64,000 bases of DNA from Nitrospinales bacterium (GCA_965262115.1 OZ253496.1:1120001-1184000), one strand, 5' to 3'; shown: positions 52,278-62,556, numbered from the stretch's first letter. Notes: generated by a model from the sequence alone, not told the origin. Translations and numbers: made by a program.

Positions 52278-52673
52278 TTAAACTCTGAACTTCAAGGACG
52301 TCAGTTTTATCAGGTCCGTAGAGTTTCTGAGGGCTTTTTCACCGTCCTCGGAAATGTCATTGACCACCAACTGCAAACTGCGCAGGCTGGGTAAATTTTT
52401 CGACGTCGCAAGATAGGTGGCTCCCACATCACTGATACTGTTTGAAGCCAGATTGAGAGTTCTCAGATTGGTAAACATTGTTGATTCGGCAATGGCCTTG
52501 ACCCCTTCATCACCAATACTGTTCTGCGAAAGATCCAAAGCCCGGATGCCCTTCATAGTTTCATGCTGAGCCAACTCTTTCGCACCCACCTCTCTCAAGA
52601 ATTGCGCCTTCAAGCTCAGCACTTGCCCGTCCTTGCTCAGCCGGTCCCGGATCAACTCATTCAAATTTGCCAT
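52278..52673 (-). CDS. Leucine-rich repeat protein (RNI-like)
   Basis: LDLSQNSIGDEGVKAIA and LNLASNSISDVGATYLA repeats. Confidence 0.88.
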   Translation of the reverse strand: MANLNELIRDRLSKDGQVLSLKAQFLREVGAKELAQHETMKGIRALDLSQNSIGDEGVKAIAESTMFTNLRTLNLASNSISDVGATYLATSKNLPSLRSLQLVVNDISEDGEKALRNSTDLIKLTSLKFRV

Positions 52674-52685
52674 AGCATGCCTCCC

Positions 52686-53507
52686 CTACCCGGTACCCGG
52701 GATTTCCTTAGCTACAAATCCGTATTCATCGTAGATGCTATAACCTTCCTGAAGCATCTTTTTCCCATATTTGACCATCAGGTTGGCCTGGCTGTGACTA
52801 GGATCAATATCGATAGTTTTCTTCAAATACTTCAATCCCTTTTTGATATCCTTGACTTCGTCGCCATAATTTTCAATTTGCCGGGCTTTATCAAACAAAT
52901 CGGAGGCCCACTTGTAATAAACCGTAGCAATTTGTTGGGGCGCATTCTGGCTGATATAGTCGATAATTTCCTCATCTGCCTTCAACTTCGGAATATCCTG
53001 GACAGCCGCCTCAAACTCGCGCAGGGGGGTAGCATAATCGTCATCCGTCACCGAAGAAATCTGTGCACCGGCCCTATGCTGGGAATGCAGACCCACAGAA
53101 CTTTTAACCACTGTGGACTGAATCCCCGACATCAACTGGTGGTAATAAAGGTTGCCGATGCCGAAATGGATGATGGCGCTGAATTCCTGGTTTACGTCCA
53201 GCAACAGGGCCTGCTCAAAAGATTCCTGGGCATCGTCCATCTGCCCCAGTTCCGAGAGGGCTTCCCCCATATTGTAATGATGGACACAGTTATCCGGCTC
53301 TTCCTCAATCTGGAGCTTGAACTCCTGAATCTGGGCTTCAAGGTCAAACTCAGCCTCTTCCTCATCGTCAAACTCCGAAACTTCAGCCTCTTCAGAGTCT
53401 TCAGCCGTAAGAGACTGGTCAGCCTCAGGCTGGGAAGGATCTTCAGCATTTTCCAGCGGTTGCCCGGCTTCTTCCTCCGATTCCGCTTCTTTTTCGTCTT
53501 CAATCAT
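52686..53507 (-). CDS. TPR protein with acidic N-terminus
   Basis: D/E-rich first ~55 aa; HHYNMGEALSELGQMDDAQESFEQAL TPR. Confidence 0.82.
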   Translation of the reverse strand: MIEDEKEAESEEEAGQPLENAEDPSQPEADQSLTAEDSEEAEVSEFDDEEEAEFDLEAQIQEFKLQIEEEPDNCVHHYNMGEALSELGQMDDAQESFEQALLLDVNQEFSAIIHFGIGNLYYHQLMSGIQSTVVKSSVGLHSQHRAGAQISSVTDDDYATPLREFEAAVQDIPKLKADEEIIDYISQNAPQQIATVYYKWASDLFDKARQIENYGDEVKDIKKGLKYLKKTIDIDPSHSQANLMVKYGKKMLQEGYSIYDEYGFVAKEIPGTG

Positions 53508-53509
53508 AA

Positions 53510-54529
53510 TCAGACACAATAAGGGGGAATCCCTTCTTCCGCCCATTCCCCCGCTTTGCCATTGTTTATGTTCTGACGATTTTTTATCGCGCCTGAAACC
53601 ATCTTTTTCCGAGACACTTCTATCTGATTCATAATTTCATCCGGCGAATCGTTTAAGAGATTGCCAAACTTGGGCTGACACTTCAGATTGCCCACATCAC
53701 AACAAGGAGTTATCTCCCCGGTTTGCTGGACAGTGACAATCTCGATGGTACCACGAGGAATGGTGCATTCCAGATGGTTAATATCCCGGGGGAAAGGCTG
53801 GGAATTCATAGCCCGCTCGCCATTTTTATCGACATAAAACCCCGGGATCATATTCAGCCCAAAAGTAAAGTTGTCCGTACAAATATAATTTTCAACGCCT
53901 TCCATATGCTTTAAAAATACGCCTTCATCACATTCCGGATTATCCCGCAAAAGACTTTCAAGCTTCGTGCGATAAGCCCCAAGTAAAGACATGACGGAAT
54001 CAAATTTCTTTTCCCGTTCTCCAAAAAACGTGATCAAAATTTCAATCTGGCTCAACAAGTCCGACACTTTTTCAAAGATCATGTTGACGATCAATTCGTC
54101 CTGCAATCCCAGAATCTCGATAAGAAGTGGTTTTTGCCGCTCCTCCCAAACGGTTGGATACAACGTAAAGTCCACCCGTCCGGACAATTTCATGATCTCT
54201 ACCAATCTTAACCAACGCTGAGATTTTGCTGAGTTGATGTCCAGATTGGTGTGGATGCGTACATTTGACGTCAGCTTCCTGAAGATTTTAAATATTTCAA
54301 CGATGTGAGGGTTTTGTGAAGGCTCCCCGCCGGTCAGATTAATTTCCCTTTTGGCCAATTCACGGAACACCTCCATCTGGAGAATTTTATCCACCATGAC
54401 CTGAGCCTGCTCCGGCATTAAATGCCAATCGCTCTTGGCAATCTTGCTAAGCGGTTCGTAGACATGACAATACTGGCACTCATCTCGCACATAGCGATTA
54501 CAATTGGCTTCGGCAAAAATATTTATCAT
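53510..54529 (-). CDS. Radical SAM protein with CX7CX2C motif and Twitch/SPASM-like C-terminus
   Basis: CNRYVRDECQYC, LTGGEP, HTN, GEITPCCD...FGNL. Confidence 0.82.
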   Translation of the reverse strand: MINIFAEANCNRYVRDECQYCHVYEPLSKIAKSDWHLMPEQAQVMVDKILQMEVFRELAKREINLTGGEPSQNPHIVEIFKIFRKLTSNVRIHTNLDINSAKSQRWLRLVEIMKLSGRVDFTLYPTVWEERQKPLLIEILGLQDELIVNMIFEKVSDLLSQIEILITFFGEREKKFDSVMSLLGAYRTKLESLLRDNPECDEGVFLKHMEGVENYICTDNFTFGLNMIPGFYVDKNGERAMNSQPFPRDINHLECTIPRGTIEIVTVQQTGEITPCCDVGNLKCQPKFGNLLNDSPDEIMNQIEVSRKKMVSGAIKNRQNINNGKAGEWAEEGIPPYCV

Positions 54530-54576
54530 AGCCTTACCTCATAATCCCTGCCCCACTGAAAAACATCGACCTTTTT

Positions 54577-55209
54577 CTATTTAGCAGGTTGCCCCAAAAC
54601 AGTCCGTACAGGTCTGAGGGTAGATAAAGAAAGACTGGGTCCACCCCTCATGCTGGGATAGGTTTTGCCCCCGATGTAATTAAAACCCCAAGCGTATTTT
54701 TCCTTATAACGCTCGCTGGACCAGAAACAACAACTTGAATAACCGAAGATCGGGTCAATATGAAGGACATTTTCGGTCCAATAATATTTCCAGGTAACAT
54801 TCTTTTTCTCTTCGTAGAGAGATTTCAGTTCTTCCCGGGTCGGCAGTCGCCAGTCCGAAAAACCCGCAAAACCTTCTCGATTGAATTTTTCCATGAAGTT
54901 CTGAGCATCGTCCCAGTTGATCCAAACCTTTTTTTCCTGATAGATATCAATTTGCTTCCACATCAGCTTATTTTCAAGGTCTGTAATGGTCCCATTTTTA
55001 TTATCCCGAAATCGGGGATCATTGGAAGGCTTTAGGGGCGGCTTTTCTTCGGTGAGAGAAAGAATCTGGCCGCCAAATATCTCATCGGTGCCTTTACCGT
55101 TCGCATTCGCCTGCGTGGAACACAGCCCACACACTGCCAGCAGCAAAAAAGCAACCTGCAGGGGTTGGATCAAAAGGCGAAAAAAACGAATCATGTCTTT
55201 TGGAATCAT
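54577..55209 (-). CDS. Exported DUF1566/Lcl domain protein
   Basis: Signal-like N-terminus (..TQANA); RFRDNKNGTITD...LMW...DWRLPTREEL. Confidence 0.87.
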   Translation of the reverse strand: MIPKDMIRFFRLLIQPLQVAFLLLAVCGLCSTQANANGKGTDEIFGGQILSLTEEKPPLKPSNDPRFRDNKNGTITDLENKLMWKQIDIYQEKKVWINWDDAQNFMEKFNREGFAGFSDWRLPTREELKSLYEEKKNVTWKYYWTENVLHIDPIFGYSSCCFWSSERYKEKYAWGFNYIGGKTYPSMRGGPSLSLSTLRPVRTVLGQPAK

Positions 55210-55246
55210 TATAAAGGCTTCCTAAAATCAGACTTGCTAATAATAG

Positions 55247-56245
55247 CTACTCTTCCTGTGGTGCCCAGTCTGGCTCCCAGGACAGGCAAATTCCGGAGGG
55301 ATTTAAAAATTGCCCCGGATCCTTACCGACAATGCCCCATTTGGAAACAAAGTTCAGGTCCGGGTCAAACTTCTGGATTCTCTGGTTCAAAGTATCGACG
55401 ACGAACACGTATCCATAAGGATCTTCCACCAGCGAAACGGGACAGTTGAACTGACCGTCGCGCTTGCCCGCCTCGCCAAGAATGTCGAGAGAGTGTCCCT
55501 CCCGATCAAAAAGCTGTAACCGGTTCTGACTTTTTTCGGCCACTATGATGGTGCCATCTCTTCGCACGGCTATCCCGGTGGGAAAATTCAACCGGCCTGG
55601 CTCGAATCCATACTCACCAAACTTGGACAGGTATTGCCCGTCCTCATTAAAAATCTGAATGCGCTGGTTGTCCCGGTCGGCCACATAAATATTGCCTTCC
55701 CGATCCAATGTCAGACCAACGGGAAATTTCATGAATCCGTCGAAGTTCCCGGCAAATCCAAAACTGATAATAAAATTGCCATCGCTGTCATACCGTTTGA
55801 CACAATGGTTGGAAGTGTCCGCCACCAGGATGGTCCCGGTGGGTTCCGCGACAATTTCCTCCGGCATATAAAACTTTTCCTGTCCCCAGCCTTCACTACC
55901 AAATTCAAGAAAGAAATCTCCATCCGGGTCAAACTTTTGTAGCCGATGACAACCGGTATCGACAACCCAAATATAACCCTCGTTATCCACGGCCACTCCA
56001 CTTGGAGTCTTAAATTCTCCGGGGAGATAAGGAGGGCGGGTGCCGCCGGATTTACCAAAACACATCAGAAATTTCCCATTGCCGTCGAATTTCTGGATCC
56101 GGTCATTGCCCGAATCCGCTATCCATACATAAAGCTGACTATGATCAACCTGAGGACTCTCTTCAGGTAGAGTCTCTTCGACACCGGCTACTTCCAGCGC
56201 CTGAGACGGAGCGTCCTCGCTGTTTTCCGTATTATCTTCCACCAA
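55247..56245 (-). CDS. NHL-repeat beta-propeller protein with acidic N-terminus
   Basis: About six repeats of F..P.G..D..G..(W/Y)VAD..N.RIQKFD. Confidence 0.92.
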   Translation of the reverse strand: MVEDNTENSEDAPSQALEVAGVEETLPEESPQVDHSQLYVWIADSGNDRIQKFDGNGKFLMCFGKSGGTRPPYLPGEFKTPSGVAVDNEGYIWVVDTGCHRLQKFDPDGDFFLEFGSEGWGQEKFYMPEEIVAEPTGTILVADTSNHCVKRYDSDGNFIISFGFAGNFDGFMKFPVGLTLDREGNIYVADRDNQRIQIFNEDGQYLSKFGEYGFEPGRLNFPTGIAVRRDGTIIVAEKSQNRLQLFDREGHSLDILGEAGKRDGQFNCPVSLVEDPYGYVFVVDTLNQRIQKFDPDLNFVSKWGIVGKDPGQFLNPSGICLSWEPDWAPQEE

Positions 56246-56504
56246 AACAAACCTCTCTTGCTGCTAGCCACAGGGGCAAATTGCAACAGCCCATTGAGCC
56301 GAGAATACCGTTGCTAACGATAGAAAATATCGCATTTTCCTGCGGAGGTACTCCGCCCCAATCGAGAAAAAAAATCGAACTCCAAATAAGAAAAAGCCCC
56401 GAAAGGGGCTCTTCCGCACCACACATTGCACTTACCGTTCAAGGCAATCCCAAGATTATCTAAATAAACTGCAAATCGTTTTTTAGAACAGAGCCACGCC
56501 CCAT

Positions 56505-57140
56505 TTATCTTATCAGGAACCCTTTCACATCCAGAATCTGGTATTCGAAATTACAGGTTTTTTGAAGTTCGTCGAGCCTTTCATTCCAGTTTTGCTTGAA
56601 ATTATCCAGGCTTTCAGACTTGGGTTTCTTTTTCATCAGGCCGACCTCACGATATAGCGGCTTCACCATATTCTTGAAGACCAGTTGAATGATATTTCGA
56701 AGGTTAAGAATGCATTGTTTGGTCACCTCTTCCCGAGTCACGCCATCGACCTTTTCAAGAAGGCGCAGGAACGACTGGATCGTGGTGATCTGAACCGTGT
56801 AGCTTTCAGCCAACCTGTGATCGTATTTCAGACCGCAGTCAATGTAAGCTGGCATGAGATACATACCAACATGGTGATCAAATTTGACAGCAAGAGTGAT
56901 CAGCTTTTGCAGATAATCGACTTCACGCAAATCCTCCTCTTCTTCTTCACCTTCAGCCAGTTCTTTAGTGGCTTTTTCTTTTTCCTTTTGAAGCTCGAGT
57001 TTGATCTTTTCCAACTCGCTCAAATCAGAAAGATGATCGACCTCTTTCTCTTCAGCAGTGTCTTCCGACGAGCCTTCCGGCCCGGCATTTTCCTTAGTTT
57101 CAGTATCCTGTTCGCTCAACGCAAGTCTCCTTCCTGACAA
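56505..57140 (-). CDS. Hypothetical helical protein with acidic/coiled-coil N-terminus
   Basis: Long ORF with normal composition; true start possibly the TTG near 57119 after AGGAG. Confidence 0.7.
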   Translation of the reverse strand: MSGRRLALSEQDTETKENAGPEGSSEDTAEEKEVDHLSDLSELEKIKLELQKEKEKATKELAEGEEEEEDLREVDYLQKLITLAVKFDHHVGMYLMPAYIDCGLKYDHRLAESYTVQITTIQSFLRLLEKVDGVTREEVTKQCILNLRNIIQLVFKNMVKPLYREVGLMKKKPKSESLDNFKQNWNERLDELQKTCNFEYQILDVKGFLIR

Positions 57141-57322
57141 GGGTAAAACAATAAACCAATACTTTTAAAAGAGTTCTGGGAATTGACCCGTAAGTATAAT
57201 CCTTTTTCCGGGAAAGTGTCAACCACCACTCCGCGTGAGGCGAATGACCTATAACCTACCCCGTCTGTCAATGGGTTAGCGTGGCAGAAATAGTCCCCTG
57301 CGCAACCACCTCCCCTATAAAG

Positions 57323-57529
57323 GGAGAACTTTGCATAACCCAAGATTACCCCTACGGGGCATGAAGTTTAAGGAAAAATATCACATCTTCGTCACCTTGT
57401 TCCTCAGAATGACAAAATGGCCCAGTATTGTCATGCTGAGCTAGTTATATTTGACCTTTGAATTCTTGCCCCGTAGGGGTTCTCGAAGCATCTCGGTTCT
57501 TCGATTTTTCGACTTATGCAAAGGTCTCC
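57323..57529. mobile_element. MITE with IS5-like terminal inverted repeats (copy 2)
   Basis: GGAGAACTTTGCATAA ... TTATGCAAAGGTCTCC; homologous to 20399-20569 with one extra ~38-bp module. Confidence 0.75.
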
Positions 57530-57864
57530 TAATAAAGGGGCCGCAGGGGCAGATAGACAGCTTTATTTGGGCTAACAACAGATCAGCAAAACGAGCCCTT
57601 GGCCAATTCCCTCCCACTGGAAGCGGGCCACTAACCGCGGGGCAAAAGGGGGTAAGAAAAAATGGCGGAGCATGAACATTTTGATCTGAGAAAAACGGTT
57701 TCTCTCCAGACAAAACTGTTACCGGTTACCTCTGCGGCTAGCAGTTGACAGGTCTGGCCTGTGGGTATACTCTTTTTCTATACAAAACCTGATTTATATA
57801 AGGTTAACCGTTTCCACCGGGAGAGGAATACCCCCATGTTGGAATATATAAGAGTTTGAATATT

Positions 57865-59661
57865 ATGAAAACCACTCTCCTGTTTCCACCGCAATGGTAC
57901 CCCAGCCAGCCCTATCTCGCCCTGCCTACCTTGAAGGCCCATTTGGAATCCAAAGGCCATGAAGTAGATCAGTTCGATTTCAATATAGAAAGTTATGAGA
58001 TTTTCCTGTCCAATGACTATCTGGCTCAATGTGTGGAACTCGTGCGACAACGGCTGTCCACCCCCGCTTACACGACCGAGGAACAGGAAGCCAAAACCGT
58101 GTACCGGGATATTCTGGCGGACACCGGTTTTCTCGACTCCGTTCTCAACGAAGTGGAAGACGCTAAAAATGTTCTGCGGGATAAAGAACGGTTTTTCCAG
58201 TTTGAAACTTATAAAAAAGCCTACACCACGCTAAAAATTGCCATGAAGCTCATTTCCTACGCCCACCATCCCAGTCGGCTGGATCTGGACTCCTTTTTCA
58301 TGCTGGGGAATCCGGAAGAGAACCTTTCCGGCATTCTCTCGGCCACGGCAGACACGGTTCGGAATCCTTTCATCCGCATGTATGAAGATTACCTGCTTGA
58401 GAAAGTCCCTTGGAACGATTACGGGTTGGTGGGATTATCCATCATCCACATCGGGCAGGTCATACCCGGCCTGACGCTGGCGCGTCTGTTGCGCAAACGC
58501 TTTGAACATCTGCATATCGTCATCGGCGGGAGCGTGTTCAACCGTCACGCCGACCTGCTCGACAACAAACAGGCTTTGTTTGAGGAATTTTTTCACAGCG
58601 TGATCATCTCCGAAGGCGAGAAACCTTTAGAAGAGTTGGTCAGCCATCTCAAGGCCAGTAAACCCCTGACAACCATTCCCAACCTGATTTATATGGAAGG
58701 GCAAAAAGTTATTCATAATACTAAAACAGAAGCCCTGCCTTATGAGCAGTTGGTGTGCCCGACCTTCGACCAGTTGCCGCTGGAAAAATATTTAATGCCC
58801 TATCCGGTACTGCCCTATATGTCGAGCCGTGGTTGTTATTGGGGTAAATGCACGTTTTGCACCCATAGTTTTATCTATGACTCGTATTACCGCAAAGCAA
58901 ATGAAACCCGGGTGGCTGAAGAACTCGGGCATCTCGCAAAAAAATACAATACCAAATATTTCACGTTTTCGGACGAAGCCATATCCCCCAACGCTTTCAA
59001 CCGCATGTCGAAGGCTATTCTGAAACAGGGCGTGGAAATGCGCTCATTGGGAATGCTCAAGTTTGAGTCCGGAGACAAGGAAACTCCTGAACTGTTTGAA
59101 GATATCTATAAGGCCGGATTCCTCATGCTGTTTTTCGGGCTGGAAAGTGCTAACAACCGCATTCTTTCCATCATCGAAAAAGGTTGCGATCAGGATACAG
59201 AACGGAGCGTGCTGAAAAACAGTTCCGACGCCGGCATCTGGAATCATCTCTACCTGTTTTTCGGGTTCCCTACAGAAGAGCGCGAAGAAGCAGAGGACAC
59301 CATCCAGTTCGCCGTGGAAAACTCGGAAATCGGTACCGGCACTATCCATTCTGTCGGCCAGTCCATCTTCGCGCTGGAGAAGGATTCCGCCATCTTCCAC
59401 AATCCGGGTAAATTCAAAATCGACCGCATCATTCATGACCCTGATCGGGATATGGCTATCGTGTTCGATTTTGATATCAAAGAGGGAATGCCTCAGGAAG
59501 AAGTGATGGAAGTCTACGAACATTTTGACTCCGTAATAGATGAAACCTTCCCCTCCCGCAATGTCTGGAATTACCTGTCGCGCGAGCACTTCCTGCTCTA
59601 TCTCGACCACTTCGGCAAAGAAGAAATCCTCAACATGGCTAAAACAACAGTCACTCCTTAG
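57865..59661 (+). CDS. B12-binding-domain radical SAM protein (class B methyltransferase-like)
   Basis: FPPQW.PSQPYLALP.L, IVIGG, SEGE, SRGCYWGKCTFC, FSDE, GLES, GFPTE. Confidence 0.9.
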   Translation: MKTTLLFPPQWYPSQPYLALPTLKAHLESKGHEVDQFDFNIESYEIFLSNDYLAQCVELVRQRLSTPAYTTEEQEAKTVYRDILADTGFLDSVLNEVEDAKNVLRDKERFFQFETYKKAYTTLKIAMKLISYAHHPSRLDLDSFFMLGNPEENLSGILSATADTVRNPFIRMYEDYLLEKVPWNDYGLVGLSIIHIGQVIPGLTLARLLRKRFEHLHIVIGGSVFNRHADLLDNKQALFEEFFHSVIISEGEKPLEELVSHLKASKPLTTIPNLIYMEGQKVIHNTKTEALPYEQLVCPTFDQLPLEKYLMPYPVLPYMSSRGCYWGKCTFCTHSFIYDSYYRKANETRVAEELGHLAKKYNTKYFTFSDEAISPNAFNRMSKAILKQGVEMRSLGMLKFESGDKETPELFEDIYKAGFLMLFFGLESANNRILSIIEKGCDQDTERSVLKNSSDAGIWNHLYLFFGFPTEEREEAEDTIQFAVENSEIGTGTIHSVGQSIFALEKDSAIFHNPGKFKIDRIIHDPDRDMAIVFDFDIKEGMPQEEVMEVYEHFDSVIDETFPSRNVWNYLSREHFLLYLDHFGKEEILNMAKTTVTP

Positions 59662-59666
59662 CCGGC

Positions 59667-59739
59667 CCACTCGGCGTGGGGCCAATGGTGTAATAGCACT
59701 ATACTGACGGGCAAACATTCTGGGCTCCACGCCGAGTGG
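59667..59739. repeat. Inverted pair of the 17-mer GGCCCCACGCCGAGTGG repeat
   Basis: 59667-59683 (reverse) and 59723-59739 can form a stem-loop. Confidence 0.7.
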
Positions 59740-59832
59740 TGGTTGACAGGGTGTGAGGGATGACCTAGAATTTAGAACATCACCAATCAAATCAAACCGA
59801 ATTTAGAACCTTTTAGAGAGAGCGATCCTATT

Positions 59833-60969
59833 ATGGGCGAAGCAGGCAAACCGACAGACTGGATCACGATGAAAATCGATCCTGATATTTTTGAAGAGTT
59901 AGGGGTCCGCGACCCTGAAGAAACCAAGCGGGAAATGGCAATCACCAAAAAAACCCGTCAGGTCACTAAGGAGTTGAAAGCTGAACCCGACAATGTGGAT
60001 CTTCAGTTAGAACTGGCCACCTTGATGATAGATGGTGCGAATTATGAAGAAGCCATCAAACAACTCTTCACCATTCGCAACAAAGCCCCCAAAAACGCCC
60101 GGGTTTACAAACTGCTCGGTACCGCATACGTGCTGTTCAATCATGAAGAGGAAGCCCTGATTGAATTGAACCGGGCCTGCGAACTGGACCCCACCGATGT
60201 AGAAAACTACTTCAATCTCGGGGGTCTCTATTTGCTCAGGGACATGTTCCCAAGCGCTGCGGATGCGTTTGAAAAAGTCATTGAACTCGATCCTACCGAC
60301 ACAACAGCCTATGCCAACCTTGCGGCGGCTTATGACATGCTCAAATTTTATGACAAGGAAATCATCGCCCTCAGAAAAGTGTTGATGTTCAAACCGGAAG
60401 ACAAGGAACTGCGCTCAGCACTGTCCAACGCTTATTTTCATGCTGGACGTTATGAGGACGCCATTGATGCCGCCCTGTGCGTGGTCGATATTGACGAAAA
60501 AGACCCGCAAGGCTATTGCAACCTGGGCAGTTGCTATTCCGTGCGTAATATGATCGATGATGCCATCGCAGCTTTCAAAAAAGCCAGCGAGCTGGCACCG
60601 GACTATTCCCTGCCGCACACCAATCTGGGGACCCTTTATGCCAATATGGGTCGGCCGGAAACCGCTATCAAGTCGTTCAAAACAGCGGTGACCCTGAACT
60701 CGGCGGACGCAGGAGCCTGGATGAACCTGTATACCTGCTATAAAGATGTCGGGTTGATGGAAGACTCGCAGGCGGCTTACCAGAAGTATGAAGCGTTGAT
60801 GGAAGGACCCGCGCTTGCTTCGACCGGAGCAACGGAAGGAGAGAACCCCTCAAATATCCCCGGCGGTGTTTCCCAAACCAGCAAATATGCCGGAGGTGGA
60901 GACATGGACGGAAACCAGCCTGGCATGGAATCGTTGGCGGATGCGGATGCAGATGCAGATTCCCGATAG
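59833..60969 (+). CDS. Multi-TPR protein
   Basis: About eight consecutive TPR units (YFNLGGLY, YANLAAAY, YCNLGSCY, HTNLGTLY). Confidence 0.9.
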   Translation: MGEAGKPTDWITMKIDPDIFEELGVRDPEETKREMAITKKTRQVTKELKAEPDNVDLQLELATLMIDGANYEEAIKQLFTIRNKAPKNARVYKLLGTAYVLFNHEEEALIELNRACELDPTDVENYFNLGGLYLLRDMFPSAADAFEKVIELDPTDTTAYANLAAAYDMLKFYDKEIIALRKVLMFKPEDKELRSALSNAYFHAGRYEDAIDAALCVVDIDEKDPQGYCNLGSCYSVRNMIDDAIAAFKKASELAPDYSLPHTNLGTLYANMGRPETAIKSFKTAVTLNSADAGAWMNLYTCYKDVGLMEDSQAAYQKYEALMEGPALASTGATEGENPSNIPGGVSQTSKYAGGGDMDGNQPGMESLADADADADSR

Positions 60970-60988
60970 GCTCCCTTGAAATCCTATC

Positions 60989-62380
60989 ATGACCCATCCT
61001 CCCCAAAATCTGGTTGCGCTTGGTGATTTCAAGCCTTCCGATACTTGGCAGACCCATGTCAATGCCATTTTCTATGGCATCAAGGGTCCCGAAATCCACA
61101 ACCATTTTCAAACTTATGTGAGCTTGGACTACCGTCTGGCTCACGCGCTCGCCAATGATTTTTATGCCAAAGCCCGAGGCGGCGAGCGTCCTGAAAATGA
61201 TGTCTGGGTGGTGCAGGAATGGGGAGTGGGCAATGGCAACCTAGCCGCGTGTTTTCTCAGCCACCTGCGTGCAATTGACAGCGAGAATGAAGTCTATCCT
61301 TTTATCTATTACATTCTTTGCGATGAGTCCGAAGAAATTTTAAAAGGCGTGTGGGCCAACTTCCGCTTACAGGAACACGCCGGTAAATTTTCCACGGTTC
61401 GCGCCCACGCCGAACACCTGGATTGTTTCCGGCCTCACTCCGTAGCAAAGATCATCTCCAACGAAATTTGGGACGACCTGGCAACCAAAGTTCTGCTGAA
61501 GCATCAGGGTCTTTTTTATGAGGAATACCTGTGCCCTTTCCTGAACCCGGAAGCACTCCCTGCCGAAGCAGACGCTTTCGTTGAACAATTTGAAAACAGG
61601 GATCTGGAAAAACTCGCCCAGCTTACCAACTTTCTCAACACCATTCACTGGGAACGGGATTTTCAAAGGGTGGACCTGGATGACTGGCCCTTTGCGGAAA
61701 TCTTGAAGGCTCACGCCGAAGAATTTAAAGATGAAATTCCCATGCCCATTAATACCGGAGCTTTTTCCGCCATTGAAAAAGCAAAAGAACTTTTAGGCCC
61801 TAACAATTTTGGTTACACCAGCTTTGACTATGGCATGAAAGAAATTCAGGATCTCAATCAGGAAGGACGGCACTATTTTAATTTATACGGTGGGCAATAC
61901 ACGTTCATGGTGAACTTTCCCCTGCTTGAAAATATTGGCCGGTCTTTAGGATTTACTGAAATCACCCGGGAATACCAGAATCAGTTTGTCGAAAAAGACC
62001 TCGGATCAGCAGTCGTCAGTCTGGTGGATCTGGTGCAAAACCATCCGCAAGCAGTCAACATGGCTCCGTGGGACAGAGACATTCTAATGCTCGGAACACT
62101 CAATGCTCTCAATACCGTTTATCGAAGTCCCTACTCTGGAAAACTCAACTACCCTGCACTTGAAGGAACTCCCAAAAAACAAAGAAAGCAAATCGCCCAA
62201 CTGGCTAAAAACCTTAGTAGCCGGGGTGTTCCTGATACTGTAGCCTATGTCACCCGGGAGGAAGTTCTGGCTGCCTTGAAACCTCTTAGAAACCTGGGCT
62301 ACAGGGAAAAAGATATTCAGTCCGCTTTTCAATCCCCTCCACCTCCTGTTTCATTCGTTCACATTCAATTCAGATCTTAA
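60989..62380 (+). CDS. SAM-dependent methyltransferase, MidA/NDUFAF7-like
   Basis: EWGVGNGNLA motif I; ISNEIWDDL, FDYG and TFMVNF match the family pattern. Confidence 0.78.
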   Translation: MTHPPQNLVALGDFKPSDTWQTHVNAIFYGIKGPEIHNHFQTYVSLDYRLAHALANDFYAKARGGERPENDVWVVQEWGVGNGNLAACFLSHLRAIDSENEVYPFIYYILCDESEEILKGVWANFRLQEHAGKFSTVRAHAEHLDCFRPHSVAKIISNEIWDDLATKVLLKHQGLFYEEYLCPFLNPEALPAEADAFVEQFENRDLEKLAQLTNFLNTIHWERDFQRVDLDDWPFAEILKAHAEEFKDEIPMPINTGAFSAIEKAKELLGPNNFGYTSFDYGMKEIQDLNQEGRHYFNLYGGQYTFMVNFPLLENIGRSLGFTEITREYQNQFVEKDLGSAVVSLVDLVQNHPQAVNMAPWDRDILMLGTLNALNTVYRSPYSGKLNYPALEGTPKKQRKQIAQLAKNLSSRGVPDTVAYVTREEVLAALKPLRNLGYREKDIQSAFQSPPPPVSFVHIQFRS

Positions 62381-62437
62381 AATCCCGTTTCCTCACAGGA
62401 AAACAGGGAAAACCTGATAACATAGTAGTTCTCTGAA

Positions 62438-62556
62438 GTCATTGCGAGGAGGCGAAGAGGACGAAGCCGTGATATCTCCTCATTAATTTTCGTGCCCCGC
62501 AGGGGTAAATCCAGAAAGAATGGATCGCCGCGCCGCTTATAGCGACTCGCGATGAC
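62438..62556. repeat. GTCATTGCGAG...CTCGCGATGAC palindromic repeat with a nested 39-bp module
   Basis: Near-perfect 11-bp terminal inverted repeat; internal module related to 25130-25168. Confidence 0.7.

Noticed and set aside
52563..53522. 319-aa plus-strand ORF
   Set aside because: Antisense shadow of the TPR and LRR genes; no motifs.
46662..55209. Diversity-generating retroelement acting on the DUF1566 genes
   Set aside because: No reverse transcriptase in the window, and I saw no near-identical TR/VR pair differing at adenines; the paralogs diverge throughout. A remote DGR cannot be excluded.
59833..60969. Magnetosome MamA-like TPR / magnetosome island
   Set aside because: Generic TPR protein; no CDF transporters, MamK actin, magnetochrome or HtrA genes nearby.
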